64,000 nt of DNA. Source: Anaeramoeba ignava BMAN. Its lineage: Eukaryota > Protista > Anaeramoebae. The translations under genes were made by a program, and so were the position numbers. The stretch is from assembly GCA_028826165.1 (NCBI GenBank), contig JAPDFW010000121.1, positions 1 to 64,000 on the forward strand, written 5' to 3'. The notes under the pieces were generated by a model. It was not told where the DNA came from. It did no database searches and saw only the letters and a list, made by a program, of their open reading frames with translations. Below, piece after piece: positions 53,693 through 64,000 of this stretch (within the stretch, counting starts at the first letter, position 1; the number at the start of each line of letters is the position of its first letter).

Positions 53693-56600
53693 CTACATAT
53701 CTTCTTCTGATTGAATTTTATAAGAAAAATCCCACATTTCATCTTCAGTTAAAACACGACAATTCTCAAAATATTGACGATAATCACTTAAGAAATTCAA
53801 TTTATATTCAACACTTTGATATCCTTTAATATTTTTCAAAATGGAAAAAACACGTCTTCTTTTTGCCCAATTAATCAAGTTGTTCTCAATTCGATTTGGG
53901 AGTTCTTCGACATTAGTAAGTTGGGATAAGAAGACACCCAGATAAGGAATAGTTGGGGGTTGAACAAGAGAAAGAACTTCTTTAAGATTTTTATAACCGC
54001 CGGAAACGTCGGTTAATTTGTCGAAAAAATTAAAAATATCTTTTTTCAATTGGGGAACACGATCCCAAGTGTCAGTAAGTCTTTCGACAGGACAACGTTG
54101 TAAACCAGACACAAAAGCCATCAGATCGTTGAAGTTCTTGATGTGATACAATTGCTGGCAAATCGTTAAAATTTTCGAAATTGCTTTTATTCTTTGTCTT
54201 CTTTTGGATTGATTTAAAATCATTGTTGAAACCCAATCAGAAAGTCGATTGAATCTTTTGATCATCGCTACAACATGCGGGCTTAGATCCTTTTTGTTCC
54301 GCTTTGTCCAAGAGCAATTCAGTAGTTCTTGTGTCCGTATTTTCGCAAAAATTCTTTGCGTAGTGATTGTTAATTGTCGTGCTGTTTCTCCATCGTCAAG
54401 ATCAAAAAAATTCACTTGAATCATTGTTTTTGATTGTAATTTTGTTTTGGTTCGTGATTTTGATTTTGATCGCGTTTTTAGTTTTTTTGGTTTCGGAATA
54501 TTTTCGTTAATATCGTGAATAAAATCTTCCGGTTGAGGAGTTTTTTGTGCAACATTTTTCGAAAAAGATCTTGTTAATCTGCCTCTTTGCGAAAGATTTG
54601 CGGATGAATATGATCGATTTCCCAATGAATTAGTCGAGAAATTAGTTTGATTCATTAATTCTTGATTGCTAAAAGATTGGAAGTTTGCTAATTCATTTTT
54701 CAGCAGACTGATCATTAATTTCTCGTGGTTTTTATTAGAAAAAGTCTCATGTGCCTTGCGCGTGCTTTGAGGCCGTGCAGATGGCGATAATTTGTTGATG
54801 ATTTCTTGTCCTTTTTTTACAAAATCTTTTGAAGAATGTGTCAAAACAGAAGTTCGGATAAATTCCGTTATAAGTGACTTAACTTCTTGTGGAATTTTGA
54901 ACTGGCCAAAAATAATCATGTTCTCAATTACCATCATAACTAGATTTTGCACTGTCCGATCTTCGCTAATCAAGAACCTTTCGAATAATTTCTGAACAAA
55001 AGTAACATAGTCAGTTATTGTTGGAAGTGTTTCCAAAAAGACATCAAGAAATTCCATTGAATATCCCTTTTTTGATGTTAAAAGTTCAATCGATTTGTTC
55101 AAACTCGCGCCTCTTATTCGCATAAACAACGGCATCTTGGGATCAATATCTTCTTCCATAAGTATATTTCTTATCCCAAGAAATTTCTCTTCAGAAATCG
55201 CCATTCGATCAGATGCTTCTATTAAATCAAGTGCTTCTTTCGCTGTAATAATCGACATTTTGTCGGAATTTTGATCAATCATTGCATATTGATCTCCTGA
55301 TTCTGTGTGTGAATATTCACGAAGAATTTGATTTATTCGGGTAATTTCGTAAAAATCATTTTCACTAAAAGTTGATTCTTTTGAATTTTCATCCAATTTT
55401 TTGGGTTTTTCATTTTCATTTTCATTTTCATTTTCAATTTGAATTTGATTTTGATTTTGAATATTTTCATTATTTTCGTTATTTTGATTATTTTCATTTC
55501 CAAAAGCTTGTCTTTTCATTTCGCTAATAAAATCTTTCACAGAAATTGATCTCTTCATATTTTCCATTGGAAATATAAAATTCACTGGTTTTGGTGCTCT
55601 TGGAGTCAATACTCTTGGTTTGTTTCGTAATTTTGCTTTGATTTCATAAGGCACATCTTCTGAATATGTTGATAAAAAATCAACTGATTGCTCCTTTTTT
55701 ATATTATACTTGGTTTGTCTTTGTTTTGCTACTAATTTTAAGAGTGATCCTGGTTTTACTCCTTGTCTTGTTAAACTTTCTTCTTCTGATAATGGAACCA
55801 AATCAATAATTTGTTTTTCTGTGTTTTCTTGCTTTTTTGTTGTGACTTTTTTTGTTTGTTCAAAAACTGCAAGAAATAGAATGTAATTGAAAAATATTGG
55901 AATTCGATAAAATTTGCAGATGTTTTGAATGAATGTTTTAACATCAACTGTAAAATCAACTAATAACTCTGTTATTCTGCTACTTGTTTTTTTACCTGTT
56001 TCTATATCTAAAGTTGGGATATCTAATTGAACTTTTCCAGGTTTAGGTTGGAATCTAATGAAAGTATAATTATTTGACTATTTATTTTTAAATATTTTTA
56101 AATATTAATAAATATTTTTATTTTTAAATATTTTTATTTTTTAAATATTTTTAAATATTAATAAATATTTTTAAATATTGATAAATATTTTTTAAATATT
56201 TTTAAATATTTTTGAATATTTTTACATAAATCTTGGAAATATAATGCGCTAAAGTTCGATTATTATCAGGTTCCATCCAAATCCCAAAAGAAGTAAACCT
56301 CTTTTGTCTGGGAGTCATTGTATCTTTAATAGGCAAAAAAGAAATTTGAGAATCCTCAACAGAAGATTCAATTCCACTAGTAAAAGATTGTGATTGTTCA
56401 TTAGGATCAAAAGAAATAAAACGAGGTGGTTTCAATAATAACCCATATTCATTACTAGGAAGTCCAGTTTTCAAACAAATCCTTGAAATTACAGACGAGA
56501 TTGGTGTGTTAACAGGAAATATTTCAAATCTTGGTGTCATGTCTGTTGGATTAGGTGGTAAAATTATATCAATTTTATCCACTGGTTTCATCCGTATTTC

Positions 56601-59600
56601 AAGTTTTCTTTGTTTAATATTTTCAACAAATTCATTTGGATCAATAAATTCTCCATCTAAATCTGATGGATTCTCAAAAAGTTTTGATATTTGAAGTGTA
56701 GAAAATGATTTCATTAATACAAAAAGATCATTTTTTTGACTTGTCCAATCTCCAAATTCCCTTGATGCAAATAAAATATGTTCAAAATTACTTGAAAGAC
56801 TGCCTAAAAAATGGTTAATTAGATCTGATACTTTATAACCAGATTGTATTTCTAAAGTTTCAACATGTCCATCTGGAAGTTTAACTCTTGCGCATTGTGC
56901 TGTTTTTGCATCTTGACTTGTCATTTCTTTTGCATAAAATTCATATTTTTGTGGGAAATGAGTTTCAATTGTTAAATCTATTTTTGGTATTTGTTTTGAT
57001 TCTTTTGAATTTTTCCTTGACTTATTCAAATTATTTTCCAAATTATTATTTTCTAAATTATTTTCATTTTCCAAATTATTTTCATTATTATTATTTTCCA
57101 AATTATTTTCATTATTATTGTTTTCCAAATTATTATTTTCCAAATTATTTTCCAAATTATTGTTTTCCAAATTATTATTATTTTCATTTTCAAAATTCTC
57201 TAATATTTCTGATATTTCTTGAACGGAATCATATATTTCACGACTAATTCCAGAATTAGGTGTTTGATTTTCAAATAAATTATCTCCTTTTATAGTTTCA
57301 TTTTCACTATAAACTGGATCTTCTTTTTGAGAAGATCTTTGAGTCAAATCATCAACATCAATTCCAAATTCAATATCATGTTTTGGAAGAATTAATTTTT
57401 GAAATTTTTGAATTGTATCGAAATCAAAATTTTGATCCAAAGTTAATTGTGCAAGATGAAGTATAAGAACTGAAGATAATGATCTAATACTACTTGGGAT
57501 TTTATCATCAAGAAGTTCTTCTCCAATTTCTTTCAATGATTTTTCAAAATAAATTGCTTCTTTTCCTTTATGTTTTTTATCAAATGAAAGCAGAACATCA
57601 ACAAGAAGATAGAAAATTATTTTCACAAGTAATTCTTGACTTATATTAATATGTGTTTGTAATCCATGATCAGCTTTCATAAGTAATTCTGTTGCAAAAC
57701 TTTTATTCTTTGATAAATCAAGTAAAGATCGAAGAATTAATGATCGTTTTGAATTCAAATCAGAACTATAAATATAAATATAAATATAAATATAAATATA
57801 AAAATTTTAATTTTAATTTTAATATTAATATTAATATTAATATTAATATTAATTTTAATAATTTTAATTTTAATTTTAATTTTAATTTCAATTTTAATTT
57901 TAATTTTAATTTTAATTTTAATTTTAATTTTAATTTTTAATTTTAATATTAATTTTAATATTAATTTTAATATAAATTTTAATTTTAATTTTAATTTTAA
58001 TTTTTATTTTAATTTTAATTTTAAATTTGAATTTTAATTTTTACTTAATAAAAGAAATTGAAATTGGAGATTCAGGAAGCCTTGCCATAACATAAAAAAA
58101 TACATTTGCTGTTTCTTTAGTAACAGAAGAATCAATTTTTTCTAAACAAGATTGAGAAAATAAAGAACGAATTTTGTTAATCATTTCTTGTTCTCTATTA
58201 TTGGAATCTTTTTTTTGTAATCTAGGAGTAGATTCAAGTGAATGTACTAAATCAATCATTTTTGATTCTTCTGTTTCTGAATCTTCTAAATTATTTAAAT
58301 GTATCATTTGTGCTTTACGTTCAAGTGAAAGTTTTTCAAGTTTTTCTCGTCTAGATTGATCAATTCTAAAAAAAAATAACAAATTTAAATGAAGAAAAAA
58401 ATGAATTTAATTTTGAATTTAATTTTAAATTTAATTTTGAATTTAATATTGAATTTAATTTTAAATTTAATTTTAAATTTAATTTTGAATTTAACATTGA
58501 ATTTAATTTTGAATTTAATTTTGATATTTAATTTTAAATTTAATTTTAAATTTAATTTTGAATTTAATTTTGAATTTAATTTTAAATTTAATTTTAAATT
58601 TAATTTTAAATTTAATTTTGATATTTAATTTTGAATTTAATTTTGAATTTAATTTTGAATTTAATTTTGAATTTAATTTTGAATTTAATTTTGAATTTAA
58701 CTTTGAATTTTATTTTGAATTTAACTTTGAATTTTATTTTGATTTTGAATTTAATTTTGAATTTAATTTTGAATTTAATATTGAATTTAATATTGAATTT
58801 AATTTTGATATTTAATTTTGAATTTAATTTTGAATTTAATTTTGATATTTAATTTTGATATTTAATTTTGAATTTAATTTTGAATTTTATTTAATTGAGA
58901 ATGTAAATATAAATTATACCTCCATTGATCTAATTTTTCTTGGAAAAGAATTTCAATTTGTTCAGGTAAAAGTTGTGGAATTTCAACTCCTGGATATTTA
59001 TTACTTCTTGCTTGAGTTGATTTTGCTCTTTTAGATGGAGAATCTCTAAATGAATCAAGTTTTGGAGAGGATTGTGGATAAGAAATTCCTCGATTGAATT
59101 CTTTAATTCTTTTTGGTTTTTTTGGTCTTTCTTTTTCAAAAATAAAAGGAATAAAATTATCAGGATGAAGACCAGAAAAAGGTGTTTCCTATTAAAATAT
59201 TAAATCAAATTAAATATTAAATCAAATTAAATATAAAATATTCAAATCAAATATTAAATATTAAATATTAAATCAAATATTAAATATTAAATATTAAATA
59301 TTAAATCAAATTAAATATTAAATATTAAATATTAAATCAAATTAAATATTAAATATTAAATATTAAATCAAATTAAATATTAAATATTAAATCAAATTAA
59401 ATATTAAATATTAAATCAAATTAAATATTAAATATTAAAATATTTAATATTAAATATTAAATATTAAATATTAAATATTAAATATTCAAATCAAATATTA
59501 AATATTAAATATCAAATCAAATTAAATATTAAATATTAAATCAAATTAAATATTAAATATTAAATATTAAATCAAATTAAATATTAAATTAAATTAAATA

Positions 59601-60068
59601 TCAAAATATTAAAATATTAAAATATTAAAATATTAAATATTAAATATTAAATATTAAATATTAAATCAAATCAAATATTAAAATATTAAATATTAAATCA
59701 AATTAAATATTAAAATATTTAATATTAAATCAAATTAAATATTAAATATTCAAATAAAATATTCAAATCAAATATTAAATATTAAATATTAAATATTAAA
59801 TATTAAATCAAATCAAATCAAATATTCAAATCAAATATTCAATATTAAAATATTAAATATTAAAATATTAAATATTAAATATTAAATATTAAAATATTAA
59901 ATATTAAAAATTAAATATTAAAATATTAAATATTAAAAATTAAAATATTCAAATTAAATATTAAATATTAAATTAAAATGTGATTGATTTTTGTTATTAT
60001 TTTTTTTTTACTGATAAAATTTGGATTGTTTTGATTAAAAAAATAGTTATAAAAAAAAACAAAAGCAT
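53693..60068 (-). CDS. RasGEF (REM + CDC25) with N-terminal formin GBD-like/ARM region and ubiquitin-like domains, ~1,520 aa; exons 60068-60012, 59188-58920, 58365-58045, 57765-56226, 56077-53693
   Basis: CDC25 motifs ARQLT, ELLNCSWTK, FNRLSDWV, KNFNDLMAFVSGL, PPTIPYLGVFL, LINWAKR; REM IRGASLNK...FLDVFL; GBD-like IEILFQEKLDQWRIDQSRREKLEKLSLERKAQMI. All junctions are phase-consistent; exon 1 is less certain. Confidence 0.85.
58405..59975. repeat. Intronic satellites of the RasGEF gene: TTTTGAATTTAA (58405-58890) and AAATATT/AAATC (59195-59975)
   Basis: Seen directly on either side of exon 58920-59188. Confidence 0.85.
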
Positions 60069-60923
60069 TTAAAAAAAAAAAAAAAGAATGAAATGGGAAT
60101 AAAAAATTCAAAATCTTTTAAAAATTAATGATGACAAAGAAATGATAATGAAAATTAATTTAATTTAATTAGATTCTTTTAAAACAAAAATTGAAATTGG
60201 GAAATTTAAAAAAAAAAAAAAAAAAAAAAAGGGAAAAATTTTAAGAATTAAAATTAAAAACGATCAAAGAAGAAAAAAAAAAATGATCAAAAGTAATTAA
60301 AAAAAAAGAAGAAAAAAAAATAGTTAAAAAAATTTTTACTTTTATTTTGTTGTTTTCTTGAGTTTTATAAAAAGAATCGTTTTCATTAAAATTTCGCATT
60401 AAATCCAATTAAATTTTTTTGGTTTAAATTTCTTTTTGTTGATTTTTTTTTGTTATAAATAAAATAAATTGTAAAAAATTTTGTTTAAAATGTTGAAATA
60501 ATAAAAAGAAGTAAAAGAAATTTTATAAAAGGAAAAAAATGAAAAATGATTTTTTTTTTGTTAAAATTAAAAATTAAAAATAAACAAAAAAAAAAATAAA
60601 AAAGAAAAAAAATTTTTTAACTGTTTTCTCTTTAAAGCTCCCCTCCCACTCCACATAATGACTCATTTTGATGATTTTAAATTTGTATATAGAATTTTTT
60701 TTTTCTTTTTTTTTTTCTTTTTTTTTTTCTTTTTGTTTTTTTTCTTTTTGTTTTTTTTTCTTTTTGTTTTTTTTTCAAATCTTTTCTCGAAACAATAAAA
60801 TTCCAATCCAAAACAAAATATCACTTTTTAAATTTCTCTTTTTTTGGATTAATTTCTAATTTTTTCTCTCATTTTTATCTTTTAATTTTCTTTTTGCTTT
60901 TTTTAATTTTTTTTCTTTTTGAA

Positions 60924-63867
60924 ATGGAAAATACTCATGACCAAAATATTCTTGACCAATATGCTCTTGAGCAAAAGATTCATGCACAAATTTCCCGAAA
61001 AAGATACAATTCAAATAAAAAATTTGTACAGGTTCCAATCCAATTGTTTAATCAACTAACCGGAATGAAAATTCAATTAAATTTTAAAAGTTTGGGTGAT
61101 GTTATTCAGCATCTTTTCAATAATTTTCAAAACAAACTAATCAGCAAAGATACTGACCCAAAATTTAAGTTTTTTGAAACTGAGGTTTTTTCAAGAGGAA
61201 AAAGAAAAAAAGATTACCAAGAATCAGATGTAATTGAAAAAATATCTTTATTTACTCAGTAATCCCCTTTATCAAAAGGGTTTCAAACACCTTCTTTTTT
61301 TTCAATTCTTAGTTCACTGGATTTGTATACAACGAAAGCTTCATTGATATCCAAAATCAAAATCCCTTATCTCAACCTTCCTTCTCAAATGAAAATCAAA
61401 ATCAAAACACCGAAAACAGCAACGACCCCTTGGATCACATCTTCGATTCTCAATTCGAAAAGTAAATTTTACTTATTTTCATTTGGATATTCTTGAAAAT
61501 ATTAAATATAGGAAATCAACTATTGGTACGCCTTTTCCACATCTTTATCCCTTTTCTATATTAGTTCCAATTCACAAGAAAATGCAAATGTTCCACCAAA
61601 TATTGAAACAGACAAATTAATGAAAATTGAAGATAAAATTGAGTTAGGACTGTAAAAAAGTTTAATTTCCCACTTCCAATAATCTAAACTCCTTATCTTT
61701 GTCAAAAAATTTTTTATATTAATCATAATAAATTGGTTCACTCAATCCATCCTTCTATACTTACATGAAAAAAGAAATGATAATGATGATAATAATAATA
61801 ATAATAATGATAATTATATTGATAATGATAATGATAATGATAATGATAATGAAAATGATAATGATAATGATAATTATAATGATAATGATAATGATAATGG
61901 TAATGGTAATGATAATTATAATGATAATGATAATGATAATGGTAATGGTAATGATAATGATAATGATAATGATAATGGTAATGATAATGATAATGATAAT
62001 GATAATGATAATGATAATGATAATGATAATGATAATGATAATGATAATGATAATGATAATGATAATGATAATGATAATGATAATGATAATGATAATGATA
62101 ATGATAATGATAATGATAATGATAATGATAATGATAATGATAATGATAATGATAATGGTAATGGTAATGATAATGGTAATGATAATGATAATGATAATGA
62201 TAATGATAATGATAATGATAATGATAATGATAATGATAATGGTAATGATAATGGTAATGATAATGGTAATGATAATGGTAATGATAATGGTAATGATAAT
62301 GGTAATGATAATGATCAAAGTAATCATAATAGTCAATCCAATTCTTCTCAAAATGAGTCTTGGAATCGGAAAAACCATCATCGAAGAAAAAGTAAGTGGA
62401 ATTTCAGAATAAATTAACGAATTTTTCTACTTTGTATATCTTTTCATTTTAGTCAAACGAGCTGAGTTGATTCCTAGAATACGAGTTCTTAATTCTTATA
62501 AAAAATGGATTAAAAAAGAGAATCAAATTATTTTCGTAGAACGAGATCAATTGATAAAATTGATCAAGAGATGTCCTACGTGTGGCTCACAAATTTCCAA
62601 AGTAGAAGGTAGGCGAGGACCAGGACATCATTATGAAATGTATTGGGAGTGCAAAAATAACCATTGTGGGATATGGACTTCTTCATCGAAAACATGCACA
62701 AATCAGAAAATAATTAACTTGAAATTTCAAAATGCCATTTTTTTAAGTGGAATCCATTTTGAAGCTTATGAAAGGTTCCTAGGTATTCTTGAATCAAAAC
62801 CAGTTTCAAAAACCAGTTATTTTAACTATCAAAAGCAGTTGATTACACAAGTAATATTTCAAATTGAAGATCAATCAAATCGAGGAAACTCAAAATATAT
62901 TTTAGGTTATAGAAATCACAAATAGGAAACTCCAAAAGCTGAGAACAAAATGTGGAGGAAGACAGCTCGTAATTTTGGTAGATGGACGATGGTCGCGCCC
63001 CCAAAGAAATAAGACGAAATCAGAAGGTTATTTTTGTACGGTGATTGCTATTGATTCACTAACGGGATATGTTATAGCTGTCTGCACGAAAACTCGCAAT
63101 GAAAAAGAAGAAGACAAAGGGAAACTCGAAGCGCAATGCGTTGTGGAGGTATTGAAACAATTCCAAACCGAGAATATTCTTGTCGATATCATTGTCACTG
63201 ATGCCGATTCATCCGTTAATAAACAAATAAATAAATATAAATCTCCACAAACTGTACACAAATGGGATACAAGTAAGTACACAAAACTCTGGTTTTAGAT
63301 TCTTATTAACTTTCATTTTTAATAGAACATAAAGAAAAAAATGTACTTTATCATTACAAGAGAGATTTTAAAGACAATCAACTTGTTTTATCCAAAATGA
63401 ATTCTCTCAAGTCTCATTGGAGAATTTGCGTGTCCAATGCGGTGGGCCTCTCTGATTTTCGAAATAGGATTTGGAATTGGATAGATCATCATTGTGGTGT
63501 TCATGAATTTTGTACCGAATTTTCGCAAAATCCGAAATGCACCGAACCAGAATTCAGAGATACGCAATCCAAAATTGAGGACACTCAAACAAGAGAAAGA
63601 CTCGAAATTTTTCTGGACAAAGAATTCTCTCCAGAACAATTAGAAAAATATTTGGGAAATTTTTCCACTAGCATTGTTGAAAGTTTTAATTCAACAATTT
63701 GGCCCTTTTGTCCAAAAAATTTGACATTCCAAAAATCTTATTACGCGCGTATTTCACTTGCTATTCTTAGATGGAATTTTGCGATCAAATATAACTTTCT
63801 TCCAGAAAATTGCAACCCTTTTTTTGGCAACTATATCTCATATCAACTTCAAAAGCACAAGAATTAA
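60924..63867 (+). CDS. Spliced DDE transposase (Kolobok-type), ~821 aa; exons 60924-61229, 61313-61461, 61565-61651, 61775-62391, 62453-62850, 62906-63272, 63326-63867
   Basis: Zinc motif CPTC...CKNNH; catalytic VDGRWSRP, IVTDADSSV and TSIVESFNS; DxxH (WDT-KH) formed across an intron; HHCGVHEFC; CPKNLTFQKSYYARISLAILRWN. The exons sum to 2466 nt with no internal stop. The first three introns are less certain than the last three. Confidence 0.82.
61776..62315 (+). repeat. (GATAAT/GGTAAT)n microsatellite encoding a ~180-aa Asp-Asn/Gly-Asn tract inside transposase exon 4
   Basis: The D-N frame is the one in phase with the downstream transposase exons; the MIMI and poly-Ile ORFs are off-frame readings. 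Confidence 0.85.
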
Positions 63868-64000
63868 TCCAAATTTTTCCATTTTTGATCGCATAATTAT
63901 AACCACTTCATATTTCTCACACTTCTTTACTTTTTTTTTACAATTTGTTTTCGAAAATTATTCGACAACAATTAATATGAACCAAAACTCAAACACAGAT

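Larger units (their letters stand above)
60636..64000 (+). mobile_element. Kolobok-like DNA transposon, left portion (right end outside the window)
   Basis: Abrupt switch from A/T-only DNA at TTAA (60632-60635) to AGCTCCCCTCCCACTCC..., fitting the Kolobok TTAA target site and 5'-RR terminus, followed by a DDE transposase gene with Kolobok-type motifs. Confidence 0.7.

Noticed and set aside
55771-55959. Possible frameshift or separate ORF in the last RasGEF exon
   Set aside because: The main frame is open from the acceptor at 56077 to the stop at 53693; this ORF is an overlapping alternative frame.
61761-62412. Poly-Ile (minus) and Met-Ile (plus) ORFs
   Set aside because: Alternative frames of (GATAAT)n; only the Asp-Asn frame is in phase with the transposase exons.

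Overview
Extremely AT-rich, intron-rich eukaryotic (protist) genomic DNA using the standard genetic code and GT-AG introns. The expanded intronless BTB-BACK-TLDc family, the N/Q/E low-complexity tracts and the satellite-filled introns resemble the anaerobic metamonad amoeba Anaeramoeba; this is inference, not proven. By splicing exons by hand I recover about 20 genes, several absent or fragmented in the ORF track: three BTB-BACK-TLDc genes, an orphan BTB fragment, a TTP/ZFP36-like tandem CCCH protein, an ARM-repeat protein, Vma12/TMEM199, a 77-aa coiled-coil protein, a DHHC palmitoyltransferase, a very large double-PHD protein, a small basic protein, a tail-anchored Cdc123-like ATP-grasp enzyme, Ctf8, an IQGAP/Gap1-type RasGAP, an Esa1/Tip60/MOF-type MYST acetyltransferase, class II fumarase, Atp23, a calmodulin/myosin-light-chain-like protein, and a RasGEF with a GBD-like region and a hydrophobic first exon. 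The right end holds the left part of a Kolobok-like DNA transposon (TTAA|AG terminus at 60636) with an apparently intact 7-exon DDE transposase containing a (GATAAT)n Asp-Asn tract. Most short ORFs in the track are off-frame readings of microsatellites. No rRNA, tRNA or CRISPR was recognised.
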